Below are positions 1 to 11,280 of a stretch of 64,000 nucleotides of DNA, piece after piece. Where the stretch lies: positions 436,001 to 500,000 of the forward strand of contig MU058337.1 of NCBI GenBank assembly GCA_013265495.1, read 5' to 3'. Origin of the DNA: Vicugna vicugna. Its lineage: Eukaryota. The translations under genes were made by a program, and so were the position numbers. How positions within the stretch are numbered: the stretch's first letter is position 1; each line of letters begins with the position of its first letter. The notes beneath the pieces were generated by a model. It searched no databases. It saw only the letters and a program-made list of their open reading frames with translations, and was not told the origin of the DNA.

Positions 1-429
1 GTATCTGAGTCTCCTTTAAAATTCTCTAGGCTGCTTAAGGGTTCAATTTGAATGGTGAATATAAATTGGGATCTAATGGAGAATGCAGTCCCCATGTTGA
101 AGGTCTCCTGTGCAGTACTGTTGAGTGATGAGTGTGTATTGACATTTCAATTTCAGAAATGTTTTGGTTCTAAACAGAAGAAAATAATTGGCTTTATTTT
201 TGTTTTTGTTTCTGTTTTTGTTTTCTTTTTGTAAATAAATTCTTTTCAGAAGGGGAATTAAGTTCCATCCCCTGGAACAGGAAGTAACTACAAATGTTAT
301 TTGGAATTCTTCTGAAGGGAAATCTTGTCCCTCTTTACCTGTTTCTTATGTCAATATGAACTCATGCATATTTCTTACACTTTGGGATAGAAACAATTCT
401 ACATTATTTATCTTTTGAATAAATTGTTC

Positions 430-900
430 CAGATTTATCCACTGGGAGCTCTTTCAGACTGGCTCCTCTGTCTTTCTGACTTACCCTCATGGATTTTTTA
501 TTTGTTTGATTTTGAGCCTTTGCTTATATTATGGAACCACATGTCTACAATTGTCTTATATTTCCCTTGCCCACCCCTGGAATTAGCCATTTCTCCTAGC
601 TACCCTGGTTCCTTTCAGTGGATGATGGTATTTAGAAACCAAGAATCAGGTGCCAAGTGGGCTCACTGCTTCTAGGCTCTCCCTGAGACAGAGGCAGGAA
701 ACTGTGTGCGTAATAGCCTATTCATGTGCATATATCTGTAATTATTTCATCTGTTATCTACTGTGTACACATACAAAAATAAACATGCATTCACACCGAT
801 GTCTATGATGCTAATCCAACAGCACAGCATTCATCTTAGCCTTCTCTTGCTTAGCTGTAACTTCTCTGACAGTAAGAAAAATGGATCTCATTATCAACAT
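430..900 (-). mobile_element. Ancient L1 (L1MC-like) 3'-region fragment
   Basis: Segment agccatttctcctagctaccctggttcctttcagtggatgatggtatttagaaaccaaga (about 585-643) resembles recalled L1MC 3' sequence; boundaries approximate. Confidence 0.5.
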
Positions 901-1036
901 TGTTTTTTAACCAACAGAAACTTTACAGATCTTTGAACAATAGCTCAAACAATAGTTTGCAACAGTAAAACTTGTTTATCCGAACTCTGCTAATCTTTCC
1001 AGAGACTGATCCATGACAGAGGTCATGGCCAACATG

Positions 1037-1095
1037 AGCCTTCTTTTCTTAGGGACTGATCTTTCTAGTTTCTTTAACTGTATCTTATAAGTCAT
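1037..1095 (-). mobile_element. Possible CR1/L3 LINE remnant
   Basis: Minus strand translates MTYKIQLKKLERSVPKKRRL, resembling the CR1 ORF2 C-terminal motif SYEERLKELGLFSLEKRRL. Confidence 0.35.
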
Positions 1096-1189
1096 AGCAT
1101 CCACTTCTTTCACCAACACATTGTAATATAAACACTACCTGGTGCTCAGAACTGGAGGAAAACTATAACCTTGCTTAAAACATGGTTCA

Positions 1190-1350
1190 CTTTTTAGTTT
1201 CTGTGACCTTGAGACAGTTACTTAACTTCCTAGTTAGTACTCAATATTTCCATCTGTAAAATGGGCCTAACAACAAATGTTTCATAGGAGTTCTTGGCAG
1301 GATTACATATAAAATTATCTAATATATCTAGTACAAAGCCTAACAGATAT
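1190..1350 (+). mobile_element. MIR SINE fragment
   Basis: MIR core-like ctgtgaccttgagacagttacttaac...catctgtaaaatggg. Confidence 0.7.
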
Positions 1351-1536
1351 TTAATGCACATTTGGTTCCTTTTCTATCTACTTACAACTGTTGGCATATT
1401 AATGTAAAGTAAAGTAATATCATGCTTATTATAGACAATGTTATTGAAACTAAGATTGCAGTAACCAAAAATAGTTAAAATTCAGAAATCTTAAACATAT
1501 CTTTTCATTCTACATAATCCTTGCCTTTCTGTACAG

Positions 1537-1650
1537 TGATAATCAATACTCATATTACCACTGAGGCAAGGTCCTACAAGATTAGAGGTGTTTTCTTAAT
1601 CATCAGAAAAAAGTATTATTGTTGCCCAAAGACTTAAATGTGGTCACCTG
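1537..1650 (+). other. Candidate spliced exon, no fully open frame
   Basis: Acceptor ttgcctttctgtacag, donor ctg|gtaaga; 114 nt; stop codons in all three frames. Confidence 0.3.
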
Positions 1651-3642
1651 GTAAGATAATCACAAAGTGTATTTACATTTTTTTTACATATAATTAAAAA
1701 CTTAGAGAACAGTTCAATAAAAGTACAAAGAATTCCTGGATATCCTTCACCCTGAATGCCCAAATATTAATATTATTACATCTGTTTTATTTTTTCTCAA
1801 TCATTTCAGAGTAAGTTGCACACTTCATTGCCTATTTCCTGCTGAAGAATCAACCTGCATATTTTAACCTATTTGATTACTTCTGGTAGGGGAAAGAATA
1901 TTAAGTTCAGAGGCACAGAAACCACCTACTTGAACAACTAAAATGGCTGTGACTAGCAGCTTGGGAAAACTACATTATCCTTCATAGGTAAAGTGAAGTA
2001 AATAAGGACAATCTCTAAGTCTCATTTTAGGACCAAGGCAGTCATTGTTATGATGGTGATGGTGATTATACTGAAACAGATGTTGAAAGATACTAACTTC
2101 AGCGTCTAGGTCAACAGCGTCACATATACTTGTCCATCAAGATCGTGGAAAGAGCCATATAAGTTACTACTAGCAAAAAATAGTACTTGTTAATAATTAA
2201 TAGTGAGTCGTAATCTTTTTGAATGGGAGAGCCTTTTTTATTGCATTGAAATAATGATAATGCTTGCTCCATTACAATGTAAATGCCAATTGTATCTATG
2301 GTTTGAGTCATTCAGTGCATCAATTAGAATTCTTCCTAAGTCATCATATTTTTTAATCCCACTTCAAGTCCTCCTTTCCATTTTAGTAAGAATTTTAAAG
2401 TTTTTGCTTCACATAACAAAAATCTTATGTAACTCTTACTAATATAGTGGCAAGTTTTCTTTTCCTGAGTAAGATGCTAAAATATGAATTTTGATTGTGC
2501 TAGTCTTTGGACAGTTGCTCAAGATTCTTTTTCTAGAAGGCATTAGCATTCTTATCAGGATTCATATTAATCATGGCTTTTAAACTGTTTTATGACAAAT
2601 AGAGAGCAGTCTCTCAATTATAAAAGAACCAGCTGAACACACATCCTAGGCCTGACACTGGAAGCAGCTCGTCTGCTAATCTGTCAAGAATAATTATTAG
2701 TGGAGGGCTTGGCACTTTTCACTGCCACCAACTAAGTTGTATTTGGAGGCAAGGGTGCTTTTGTTCATTTTTTAAGAAACTTGCCAGAATTTATAGGATG
2801 GAAAAGTTTGCTCTGTTCTTGCACAATGAATCCAGGTATAAAAATGTCACTTCCTAATCATAACTTACATTTATAGAGTTCTTTTGCTCCCTAAATCTGA
2901 AACCTCATCTTTTGAATTACAGGGTCCTTTTGATTAGAATTTAATTTCAGGCTTTGGGTTATTATTAAAAATCTCTCCTTTTTTTTTTTTTTTTGCTTAG
3001 TTACCAGAATTTCTTAGTATTTTTGATATGTGACATATTAGGTAGAATTGAAAATCTCTAAGAAGTGACAGAGCAGGGGTTTAAATATATTTTTAAAGTG
3101 TATATAGATGATACTTGTGCTTTATGGACATGTTCATATTTCTGGCTTCTGAAAGCTTTCATCCAAGTGGTTATACAATTAACTGAGCTTGAGACAGATC
3201 ATACATACGTAACTGATCAAATTAGACTTGGTACTGGACTTCGTTTGGGAGCTACATACATGACTTTCATTTGCCTAAAAATACGGTTAAGTCTTCAAGC
3301 ATCATTTGAGTCATTTGAGAGGAAACGTGCTTATTAACAGAGGCTACGTTTTACAGCACGAAGACTATAACATTTGGAACCAAGAACCACAATTCGTGTT
3401 ACCTAGGAGTGATTTTATCATACTAACACATGGGAAGATCAGCTTTGATAAACGCCAGGGGTTTAACACACACCGACGTGCCACTTTCAGCTCTCCAAGA
3501 AGCAGAAGCCATGAAAGGGTTAGGTGTGCAAAACGTGTATTAAGGCAAACGTTTGTGACGAAGAAAGGCAAGGATGAGGAACAAGGCAAACAGCAGGGAA
3601 GTCGTCAGATTATGAAGGGGCCAGTTCCTGCTGGATCCCAGC

Positions 3643-3707
3643 GCCTAGGACAGATCAGTGCCTAGGACAGATCAGTGCCTAGGACAGATCAGTGCTTAGA
3701 ACAAATC
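3643..3707. repeat. 17-bp tandem repeat (gcctaggacagatcagt) x3 plus a degenerate partial fourth unit
   Basis: Three identical contiguous units at 3643, 3660 and 3677, followed by gcttagaacaaatc. Confidence 0.95.
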
Positions 3708-4251
3708 CTGTATTTCCATTTTGAGCTACTTCAGGCCTAGGATATGTGTTCAGCTGGTTCTTTTATAAATGAGGAACTGCTCTCTATTTGTCATAAAACA
3801 GTTTAAAAGCCACGATTAATATGAATCCTGTTTAAGAACACTAATGCCTTCTAGAATTGCTGTAAATATATGTAAACCATAGCATAAGTTAGACAAGATT
3901 TTTTACTATGTCCCTGTGACATAATCAGAAACTTACTCCTTATAATAGTACACACAATGCTAAACCCTGTATGAGATTCCTCAACCACTCTCCAGAGCAT
4001 TCAAGGATGAAGACAAAATGACCTTCCTGCAAACAGTGCCTGTTTGGTTCACCCTCCTTGCTCCCCCAGGGCGTCTGGCCCTCCCTGCTCTCCAGCCCGC
4101 AACCCACTCCCAGGCTTTGGGTTCCACACCAGCCACTCTATACTTGCACTCTACACTGAACCCTCTCTGCTTCTGTACACACTGTCTCCTCTGCCCTGGC
4201 CCCAACTCCTCATTCTTCCTACCTCCCCGCATCACTCTTTCATATTCTGAG

Positions 4252-4702
4252 TGTCAGTGAAAGAAAACTTGCACAACATAGAGGCTGTGAGTTGAGCTTA
4301 TTAAGTGTCCTACTGAGAACAAGAGCCCAGGAGAGAGCCTCTCTGGTAGCTCGCAGAAACTGTGCCAAAGAGGTAAGCGAGGAGCTTGGATACACGCGAA
4401 TTCTTTGTGTTGGAAACAAACCCAGAAACATCAAAAGATTACTCCTAATCCCCAAGAACAGACATCTCAAGTTAATGACATTGCTGCTTTTCTGTGTGAG
4501 GGAAGAAGATGCAGGAATCTGTGGTCACTGGAAGTCTTCCTTAGGTATGCACATTAACTACCTAGGGGCCAGTATCCAGAGCACAGAATGCTTCGGGTCT
4601 TCACCCTTAATCCCCCCCAGGTACACTGCCGGTGGGCAACTGCTGTGGCAGATGGCTTGATCCCAGTAGCACTGAAATAGAAGGCAAATTTTTTTCTTTA
4701 CA
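4252..4702 (-). mobile_element. Solo LTR, ERV1 class (copy A)
   Basis: TG...CA termini, 451 bp, colinear similarity to 6177-6623 (shared catcaaaagatt, tctcaagttaatgac, acctaggggccag); flanks tgag/agag match at 3 of 4 bases. Confidence 0.85.
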
Positions 4703-4799
4703 AGAGTAAGCCTCCCTTCTCTACGAGGACCTCCCTCCCTCTCGGCCTCCAGCCCTCTTTGGCCTGCCGTTGCACTTGGCACTTTGTCCTTTAAATCTT

Positions 4800-4945
4800 G
4801 ATTTACTCATCTCTCTTTCTCACTAGATACAATTATCTTTGAAAGCAGAGGCTGTGTTTTATTTGACTCTGTGTCACTAGCACTTATTTTAGTTCCTAGC
4901 AGCAATATTTGTAGAATTAATGAATTATTTATGAGTGAATAAAGG
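4800..4945 (+). mobile_element. L2 LINE 3' end fragment
   Basis: L2-like tail ctttgaaagcagaggctgtgttttatt...aatatttgtagaattaatgaa. Confidence 0.6.
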
Positions 4946-6176
4946 CAAGTAAGAAATAAATTTGAGTTAGAAATCTCTTGCTCCAGTGTCTGGGAGAATA
5001 ATAATAAAATGAAGACAGAATGAAGTGTAGAAACAGACTTTGACCAAAAAAAAAAAAAAAAAAGAATTCATTCCAGACTCTGTTGAACATGAGTAAACTG
5101 GGGAACATTTGGGCAGACAGTTAATCACACTTAACAAATATTTATTCAGAACTTACTAATTTTCAGGTACAACACCAAGCATTAAAACAAGGGTCACCTA
5201 CTCCAGGGGTCGTGCCCTCAAGGCTGGTCTCGGGCAACTGGCTGGTCAACAGCTGAGGGGTCTGGAGACTAGACCCTGTAGAATGGCCCCAAGGGGCAAG
5301 CCCTGCTCCAGAGCCCCCTGGGGAGGGGGGAAGTCAGCCTGCAGGAAGCACTGCTCTTGCTTAGCTCTCGCTGACAAAGAGAGTGAGCTGATGCTAGCTC
5401 TTCTCTACAATCCTGAGCACAACTGCAACTGCTATTTTTTTTAATTATGTATTTTTATGCATCCGATTTTATACACACAGGGGTTTTAAGAAGCCACTAT
5501 AAAAAGTTTGCAAAAAAGAAAACACAATGCCTATCCTCCAGGAGTTTATATTCTAATAAAACACACCCCCCCTTAAAATACACATGTCATAAAGTTCTAA
5601 AGGCGCATTTGTTCAGTATGAGTTGAGCACACATTCTGTTTGATGTTGGAAGATAAGGGGAATTTGGGTATATTTTTGTACATCTCAGCGTTGTTCTTAG
5701 GAGAATGTAGTATAGGATTATGATAGCACTTCATTATATGGAATACACTTCCTATTTTCACATTTCCTGTTCCCTGCTGAGAAATTCCAACGTGAGTGCT
5801 AAAGGACACTGCTACTTGCTGTGTATTAGCCAAACAACTGCCCTTTGTCTATGGGAAAATAAGAAGTGAATTATGGAACTCATTGCATCTCCTCTAATTG
5901 ACCTTCCCTCCTCTGTCACCAACCTGATTTTCCATTTACCACAACACTGAATTCCCTACTCAAATTTATGTATGTAATTTTTTTTCTTTCTTTACATATC
6001 TCATGTACTATTATCCTTTCTGGAAGAATTTTCCCTTCAGCCATCATGGAATAAACTTAAGAATTATCTCAGGGGACAGCATTTGTGATTTTCTTTTAAA
6101 CACTCATTCGTATGAGAAAGAAGGAATATCTCTGTGGATAGTTGTATCACCTACTCATTTGTTAAGTTTATGAGCC

Positions 6177-6623
6177 TGTCGCTTGAAAAAAATGCACAAC
6201 CTAAGAGTTGAGAGTTATGTTTTATTCAGCAGACTTATCCAGGATTTAAGCCTGGGATACAGCCTCTCACAAGGCTCTGAGGGACTGTGCCGAAGCAGAA
6301 AGAGAGAGCCAGGAATATACACGAGTTTTTGCTGGGAAAAACTCATGTAGTTTTGAACATCAAAAGATTCCTGCTAATCACAAAAACAGATGTCTCAAGT
6401 TAATGACTTTAGTGCTTTTCTATATAGGGGAAATGCAAGAGTCTGGGTTTATTGAAATCCCATTTATATGCCTCTTAAATACCTAGGGCCAGCATCCTGT
6501 TTTTCTCCACCCTGAGTTCCCCCCGGGGTGCACCACAGGGGTGGGGTTAATGCAGGGACTGATGGCCTGCTGGCTGCAGCATCCTTTGTTTGGTGAACTG
6601 TTAGGCGACATTCTTTGTACACA
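6177..6623 (-). mobile_element. Solo LTR, ERV1 class (copy B)
   Basis: TG...CA termini, 447 bp, perfect 4-bp TSD agcc (6173-6176 and 6624-6627), minus-strand AATAAA at 6221-6226. Confidence 0.92.
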
Positions 6624-7435
6624 AGCCAATTAAGTGGAAAGGACTAAATTATACAATATTTCTTAACACTTAAAATTTTAGTAAAACATTAAATAACATT
6701 TTTGCATCTCAAAGGTTATATATTATTTAAATAATAAACTCTTTTTAAAAAAACAATAAAACCTTTAATGTAGCTTGGAAAAAGTGAAAAATCTGCTAGT
6801 CTTGAATGGTATAAATATTTATGAATAAAATGTATCCGCAGGCTTCATGGTTTTATATATATATATTTTTAGAGAATTATGGAGACATTCTACTGAAGAC
6901 ATTTAAAATGTAATAAACTAATAAATTCATAGTCTTTCCTTCTGTTTCTCCCTTCTCTCTCTCTGCTGTGTTGGGTTCGCTGAATAGACGTTAGTAGAAT
7001 GCATAGACGACTAGAGAGATCAATGACGAGAAATTCTTTCTTCTTTAAAGCAAAGATTTATATGGTTTATTTTAACTCTGCATTTATTTAGCACATTTAC
7101 AAAAATAAGTTCACATGGAAACATTATCACAAGTTTACAGGAAGAGAAGAAAGATTTTTTTTTCTTTCTCTCTCTCTAAATGTCTTGGTAATTAGATTAT
7201 CTTTCTCATTTTTCTAGTTCCACTGCTGAAAAGTTTTATTTAAAGTACCAAATGATAATGATTTGTGGTAACTATAATACAACTCTTACATATAAATGAT
7301 CTGTTTTCACTCATAAATGTATTAATGACAGCTGATTTTGTTTTGCTTTTATGTATAACTTTATTACGGTTTTATATAATTTTGATATGAGACAAAATAG
7401 GGGAAAAAAGACGTGTAATTTAACCACCATTACAC

Positions 7436-7910
7436 TGTGAATGAAAAATATGGCAGCCATATCAATAAACAAAAAGGAATGCTGCAGCCATCAAGTCATC
7501 AGCCACTACCACTGCCCTGACAGTGAGTGGAGGGAACTCAGGATGGAGACAAGCAGACAGCTCCACCTCTGCAGCCACCCCCAGTTATGTACCTTGAAGG
7601 AACTTGGGATATGAAAGAACAGGTCACTGGCCCTACAGAGCTAGGTGCATATCAGAAGGATGATTTCCATGAGCCCAGGCCTTTGCACCTTCCCATACAT
7701 GTTAACAATGTTTGTGTCGTCAACTAAAAAAATGCTGACCTAAAAATTAAGAGTTATGTTTTATTCGGCAGCCTCTCAGCTCACTGTAAGAGACTGCTTT
7801 AGAGAGGCAAGGGGGGATATATAGGAGTTTTTGCAACAAAGAACAGGTAATCGGAACATTAAAAGATTAATGTTAACTAAAGAAAGCCACGTATCCTGAA
7901 TTAAGGAATT
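7436..7910. mobile_element. Solo LTR, ERV1 class (copy C); 5' half on plus, 3' half inverted
   Basis: 7436-7699 matches the reverse complement of the right half of copy B; 7718-7910 matches the left half of copy B directly; TSD acac at 7432-7435 appears as gtgt at 7714-7717. Confidence 0.8.
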
Positions 7911-7945
7911 TGTCTCAAGTGAGGGATCTTCTGAAGAATTACAAC

Positions 7946-8724
7946 AATAAATGCTGGAAAGAGTGTGGAAAAAAGGGATCCTTTCTACACTGTTTGTAGG
8001 AATGTAGTTTGGTGCAACCATTATGGAAAACAGTATGGAGATTCCTTAAAAAACTAAAAACAGACTTACCATATGATCCATCAATCCCACTCCTGGGTTT
8101 ACATTGGGAGGGAACTCTAAATTGAAAAGATACAGGCACCCCAATGTTCACAGCAACACTACTTAAAATAGTCAGGACCACGGAAACAGCCTAAATGTCC
8201 ATGGACAGATAGATGACTGGATAAAAAAGCTGTGGTGCATTTATATAACAGAATACTATTCAGCCATAAAAAAGACTACAATAATGCTTTTTGCAACAAC
8301 ATGGATGGAAATGGAGATCGTCATTCTAAGTGAAGTAAGCCAGAAAGGGAAAGAAAAATACCATATGATATCACTCATATGTGGAACCTTAAAAAAAAGA
8401 AAAAGCTAGAAATGAACTTATTTACAAAACAGAAACAGACTTACAGACATAGAAAACCAACTTATGGTTACCAGAGGGGAAAGGAAGTGGGAAGGGATAA
8501 ATTGGGAGTTCGAGATTTGCAGATACTAACTACTTATATGTAAAATAGATAAACAAGTTTCTACTGCATAGCAGAGGGAACTATATTCAATATCCTGCAG
8601 TAACCTATAATAAAAAAGAATATGAAAAGGAATATATATGTATATGTATGACTGAAACATTATGCTGTACACCAGAAATTGATGCAACTTGAAAACTGAC
8701 TGTATTTCAATTAAAAAAAAAAAA
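7946..8724 (+). mobile_element. 5'-truncated L1 (ORF2 C-terminus, 3' UTR, poly-A)
   Basis: Translates to [30 protein letters not shown] with nearby stops; A-tail at 8713-8726; perfect 12-bp TSD aagaattacaac (7934-7945 and 8725-8736). Confidence 0.96.
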
Positions 8725-9170
8725 AAGAATTACAACCTATGCCAGAAACTCCTGAGTTTGGAATAAGCAGTAACAGTCAAAATGTGTCATTTTTTTAAAT
8801 GGAAATGTAAATGTGCCTTAACATCTTTTTTCTATTGTGGCAGAAATCCCAGCAAAGCTTTGCGTTGGTAGACCACTAAAAGTATGCAAAGCTTAAAGGA
8901 AGATCACCAGAATTGTTTTCAAATAATAAGAAAGAAAATATTAAGTTAGGAACAAAGTTCAAATAAGAAATTTCTGAAAACTCTTAAAGATTATTTTCAG
9001 AATAACTTTAAAAAGTGAATCTCAAAAACAGGGGGACTTCTGGGAAGGCCCCTGTTGGTATGTCCCAGTGTATTTCCGGGGGCACGGGGGAAGTCCGCTG
9101 AGACGGGAGTCCCACTTCATCTGCAACAAAGAATGTGTCTTAATTGCTCAGAAGAAACCAAATAATTAAT

Positions 9171-9388
9171 NNNNNNNNNNNNNNNNNNNNNNNNNNNNNN
9201 NNNNNNNNNNNNNNNNNNNNNNNNNNNNNNNNNNNNNNNNNNNNNNNNNNNNNNNNNNNNNNNNNNNNNNNNNNNNNNNNNNNNNNNNNNNNNNNNNNNN
9301 NNNNNNNNNNNNNNNNNNNNNNNNNNNNNNNNNNNNNNNNNNNNNNNNNNNNNNNNNNNNNNNNNNNNNNNNNNNNNNNNNNNNNNNN
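9171..9388. other. Assembly gap (218 N)
   Basis: Run of N. Confidence 1.
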
Positions 9389-9752
9389 TCTGAACGTTCT
9401 GGTACAACAGAGTTAATGGGAAGAGAACAAGATTAAATCAAGATTCTCATGAGCAGCGAAGCAGAGGACTGGAACAAGTAAAAAAGGACAAAGAGGCGCA
9501 GATTGTTTGAACTGTCCCGGAAGAGCTAACCACCGAAGCATAACAAGGACTGATATTGTTAATACTGTACTAACCTCCCCTGTGTTTTGAAACCGCAAGT
9601 GCTTGTAAGCATAAGTATAAATACCACAACATGAGTAAACGGAGAGAACCTGCTGCTACCTCGTTGTTGAAGTGTGTCTTGTCTGTGTCTTTCCTTGCGC
9701 CGACGCTACTCCTCCCTCAGGTTCCTGAACCCGCTGGGGCTGGACTCCGGCA
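9171..9752 (+). mobile_element. ERV2 (betaretrovirus-like) LTR, 5' part hidden in a gap
   Basis: Ends ggggctggactccggca; TATAAA at 9616-9621 and AGTAAA at 9634-9639; 6-bp TSD attaat at 9165-9170 and 9753-9758; many CpGs retained. Confidence 0.85.
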
Positions 9753-9825
9753 ATTAATCAACCTGGATTTTAAAATTACAGTTAAATCCAAGTACTGGCT
9801 TCAATAGTCACACTATTATATTGGG

Positions 9826-10419
9826 NNNNNNNNNNNNNNNNNNNNNNNNNNNNNNNNNNNNNNNNNNNNNNNNNNNNNNNNNNNNNNNNNNNNNNNNNNN
9901 NNNNNNNNNNNNNNNNNNNNNNNNNNNNNNNNNNNNNNNNNNNNNNNNNNNNNNNNNNNNNNNNNNNNNNNNNNNNNNNNNNNNNNNNNNNNNNNNNNNN
10001 NNNNNNNNNNNNNNNNNNNNNNNNNNNNNNNNNNNNNNNNNNNNNNNNNNNNNNNNNNNNNNNNNNNNNNNNNNNNNNNNNNNNNNNNNNNNNNNNNNNN
10101 NNNNNNNNNNNNNNNNNNNNNNNNNNNNNNNNNNNNNNNNNNNNNNNNNNNNNNNNNNNNNNNNNNNNNNNNNNNNNNNNNNNNNNNNNNNNNNNNNNNN
10201 NNNNNNNNNNNNNNNNNNNNNNNNNNNNNNNNNNNNNNNNNNNNNNNNNNNNNNNNNNNNNNNNNNNNNNNNNNNNNNNNNNNNNNNNNNNNNNNNNNNN
10301 NNNNNNNNNNNNNNNNNNNNNNNNNNNNNNNNNNNNNNNNNNNNNNNNNNNNNNNNNNNNNNNNNNNNNNNNNNNNNNNNNNNNNNNNNNNNNNNNNNNN
10401 NNNNNNNNNNNNNNNNNNN
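9826..10419. other. Assembly gap (594 N)
   Basis: Run of N followed directly by A10. Confidence 1.
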
Positions 10420-11094
10420 AAAAAAAAAAGCTTATCTTTGAACTCAATTTGGGAAAGACCCACAAAGAGCTAGCTCTCTGAATACAATACAGTCGCCCCC
10501 CCCCATCCTCCTACCTAGCTGGCTGTAAACACGGGAGGTTTAGTCACCTGGTCTGCAGGATCTGGTTTTTCAGGATGACTCTCTATTTGGTATACGAAAA
10601 ATGGGGACAGTAGCTTATTCCGTTACTACTCCTGTTTTACAGGCACCTTCTGATATAGCAAGACATTGCAACTTCAATTTCTAACATACATTCACACAAC
10701 TTGTCATCTGTGTGAGGACAGGACAAAACGTAACTGCATGGAAGCATCATCTTATTCACAATTCATGAGTTATTAATGCTGTTATTTTTCTCCCTCCAAA
10801 TAATGACACTATGGCGATGCAAAAGATGCATCCAGTCCCCAACGTGCTAGAAAGTATCACAGACTCTTAGGTGGCTTATTCCTCGTGACAAAGTTCAATC
10901 CATTGTCACCCACTGGGTCTCAGACTGAAGAACCATTCAAGGGAGCTCAAACAGATGAGGTTAAACTAGTTTCCTGTTTATTATAACCTACATCACTAAA
11001 GAACAATAAACCTCGGGGAAGTAGGGCATTGCTCTGTGCCTGTGTGTACAACCACACAGAGATTCATAAAGGCATGGACATTCAATTGATTGCT

Positions 11095-11280
11095 TTCTAG
11101 GTACCAGGCACTATTTCCAAATACTGTCTCCTCACAAAAGGTTTATGAAGTAAACGCTATCATTACTGCCCATGCCAAGCAACAGGAAACTGAGGCACAC
11201 GATGGTTATTTGCCAAGGACTTGAACTCCACCTGTCCACCCCAGAGCACAAACTCCTAAATGCCATGTGATATTATTGCC
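11095..11280 (-). mobile_element. MIR SINE fragment
   Basis: gtaccaggcact...aggaaactgaggcacac...gacttgaactc. Confidence 0.6.

Noticed and set aside
2031..2096. Possible last coding exon DQGSHCYDGDGDYTETDVERY-stop after ctcattttag
   Set aside because: I do not recognise the peptide and found no open upstream exon; a BLASTp or tBLASTn hit would revive it.
3643..3707. Possible CRISPR-like array
   Set aside because: The units are contiguous with no spacers, and the sequence is mammalian.
4240..4660. ORFs of 122 aa (plus) and 76 aa (minus)
   Set aside because: They lie within solo LTR copy A and show no retroviral or host protein motifs.
4252..6623. LTR copies A and B as the two ends of one deleted provirus
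   Set aside because: Copy B has its own perfect TSD on both sides, the copies are clearly diverged, and the intervening DNA holds L2 relics rather than gag/pol.
9117..10465. Long ORFs of 90-227 aa in the ORF track
   Set aside because: They consist almost entirely of translated N gaps.
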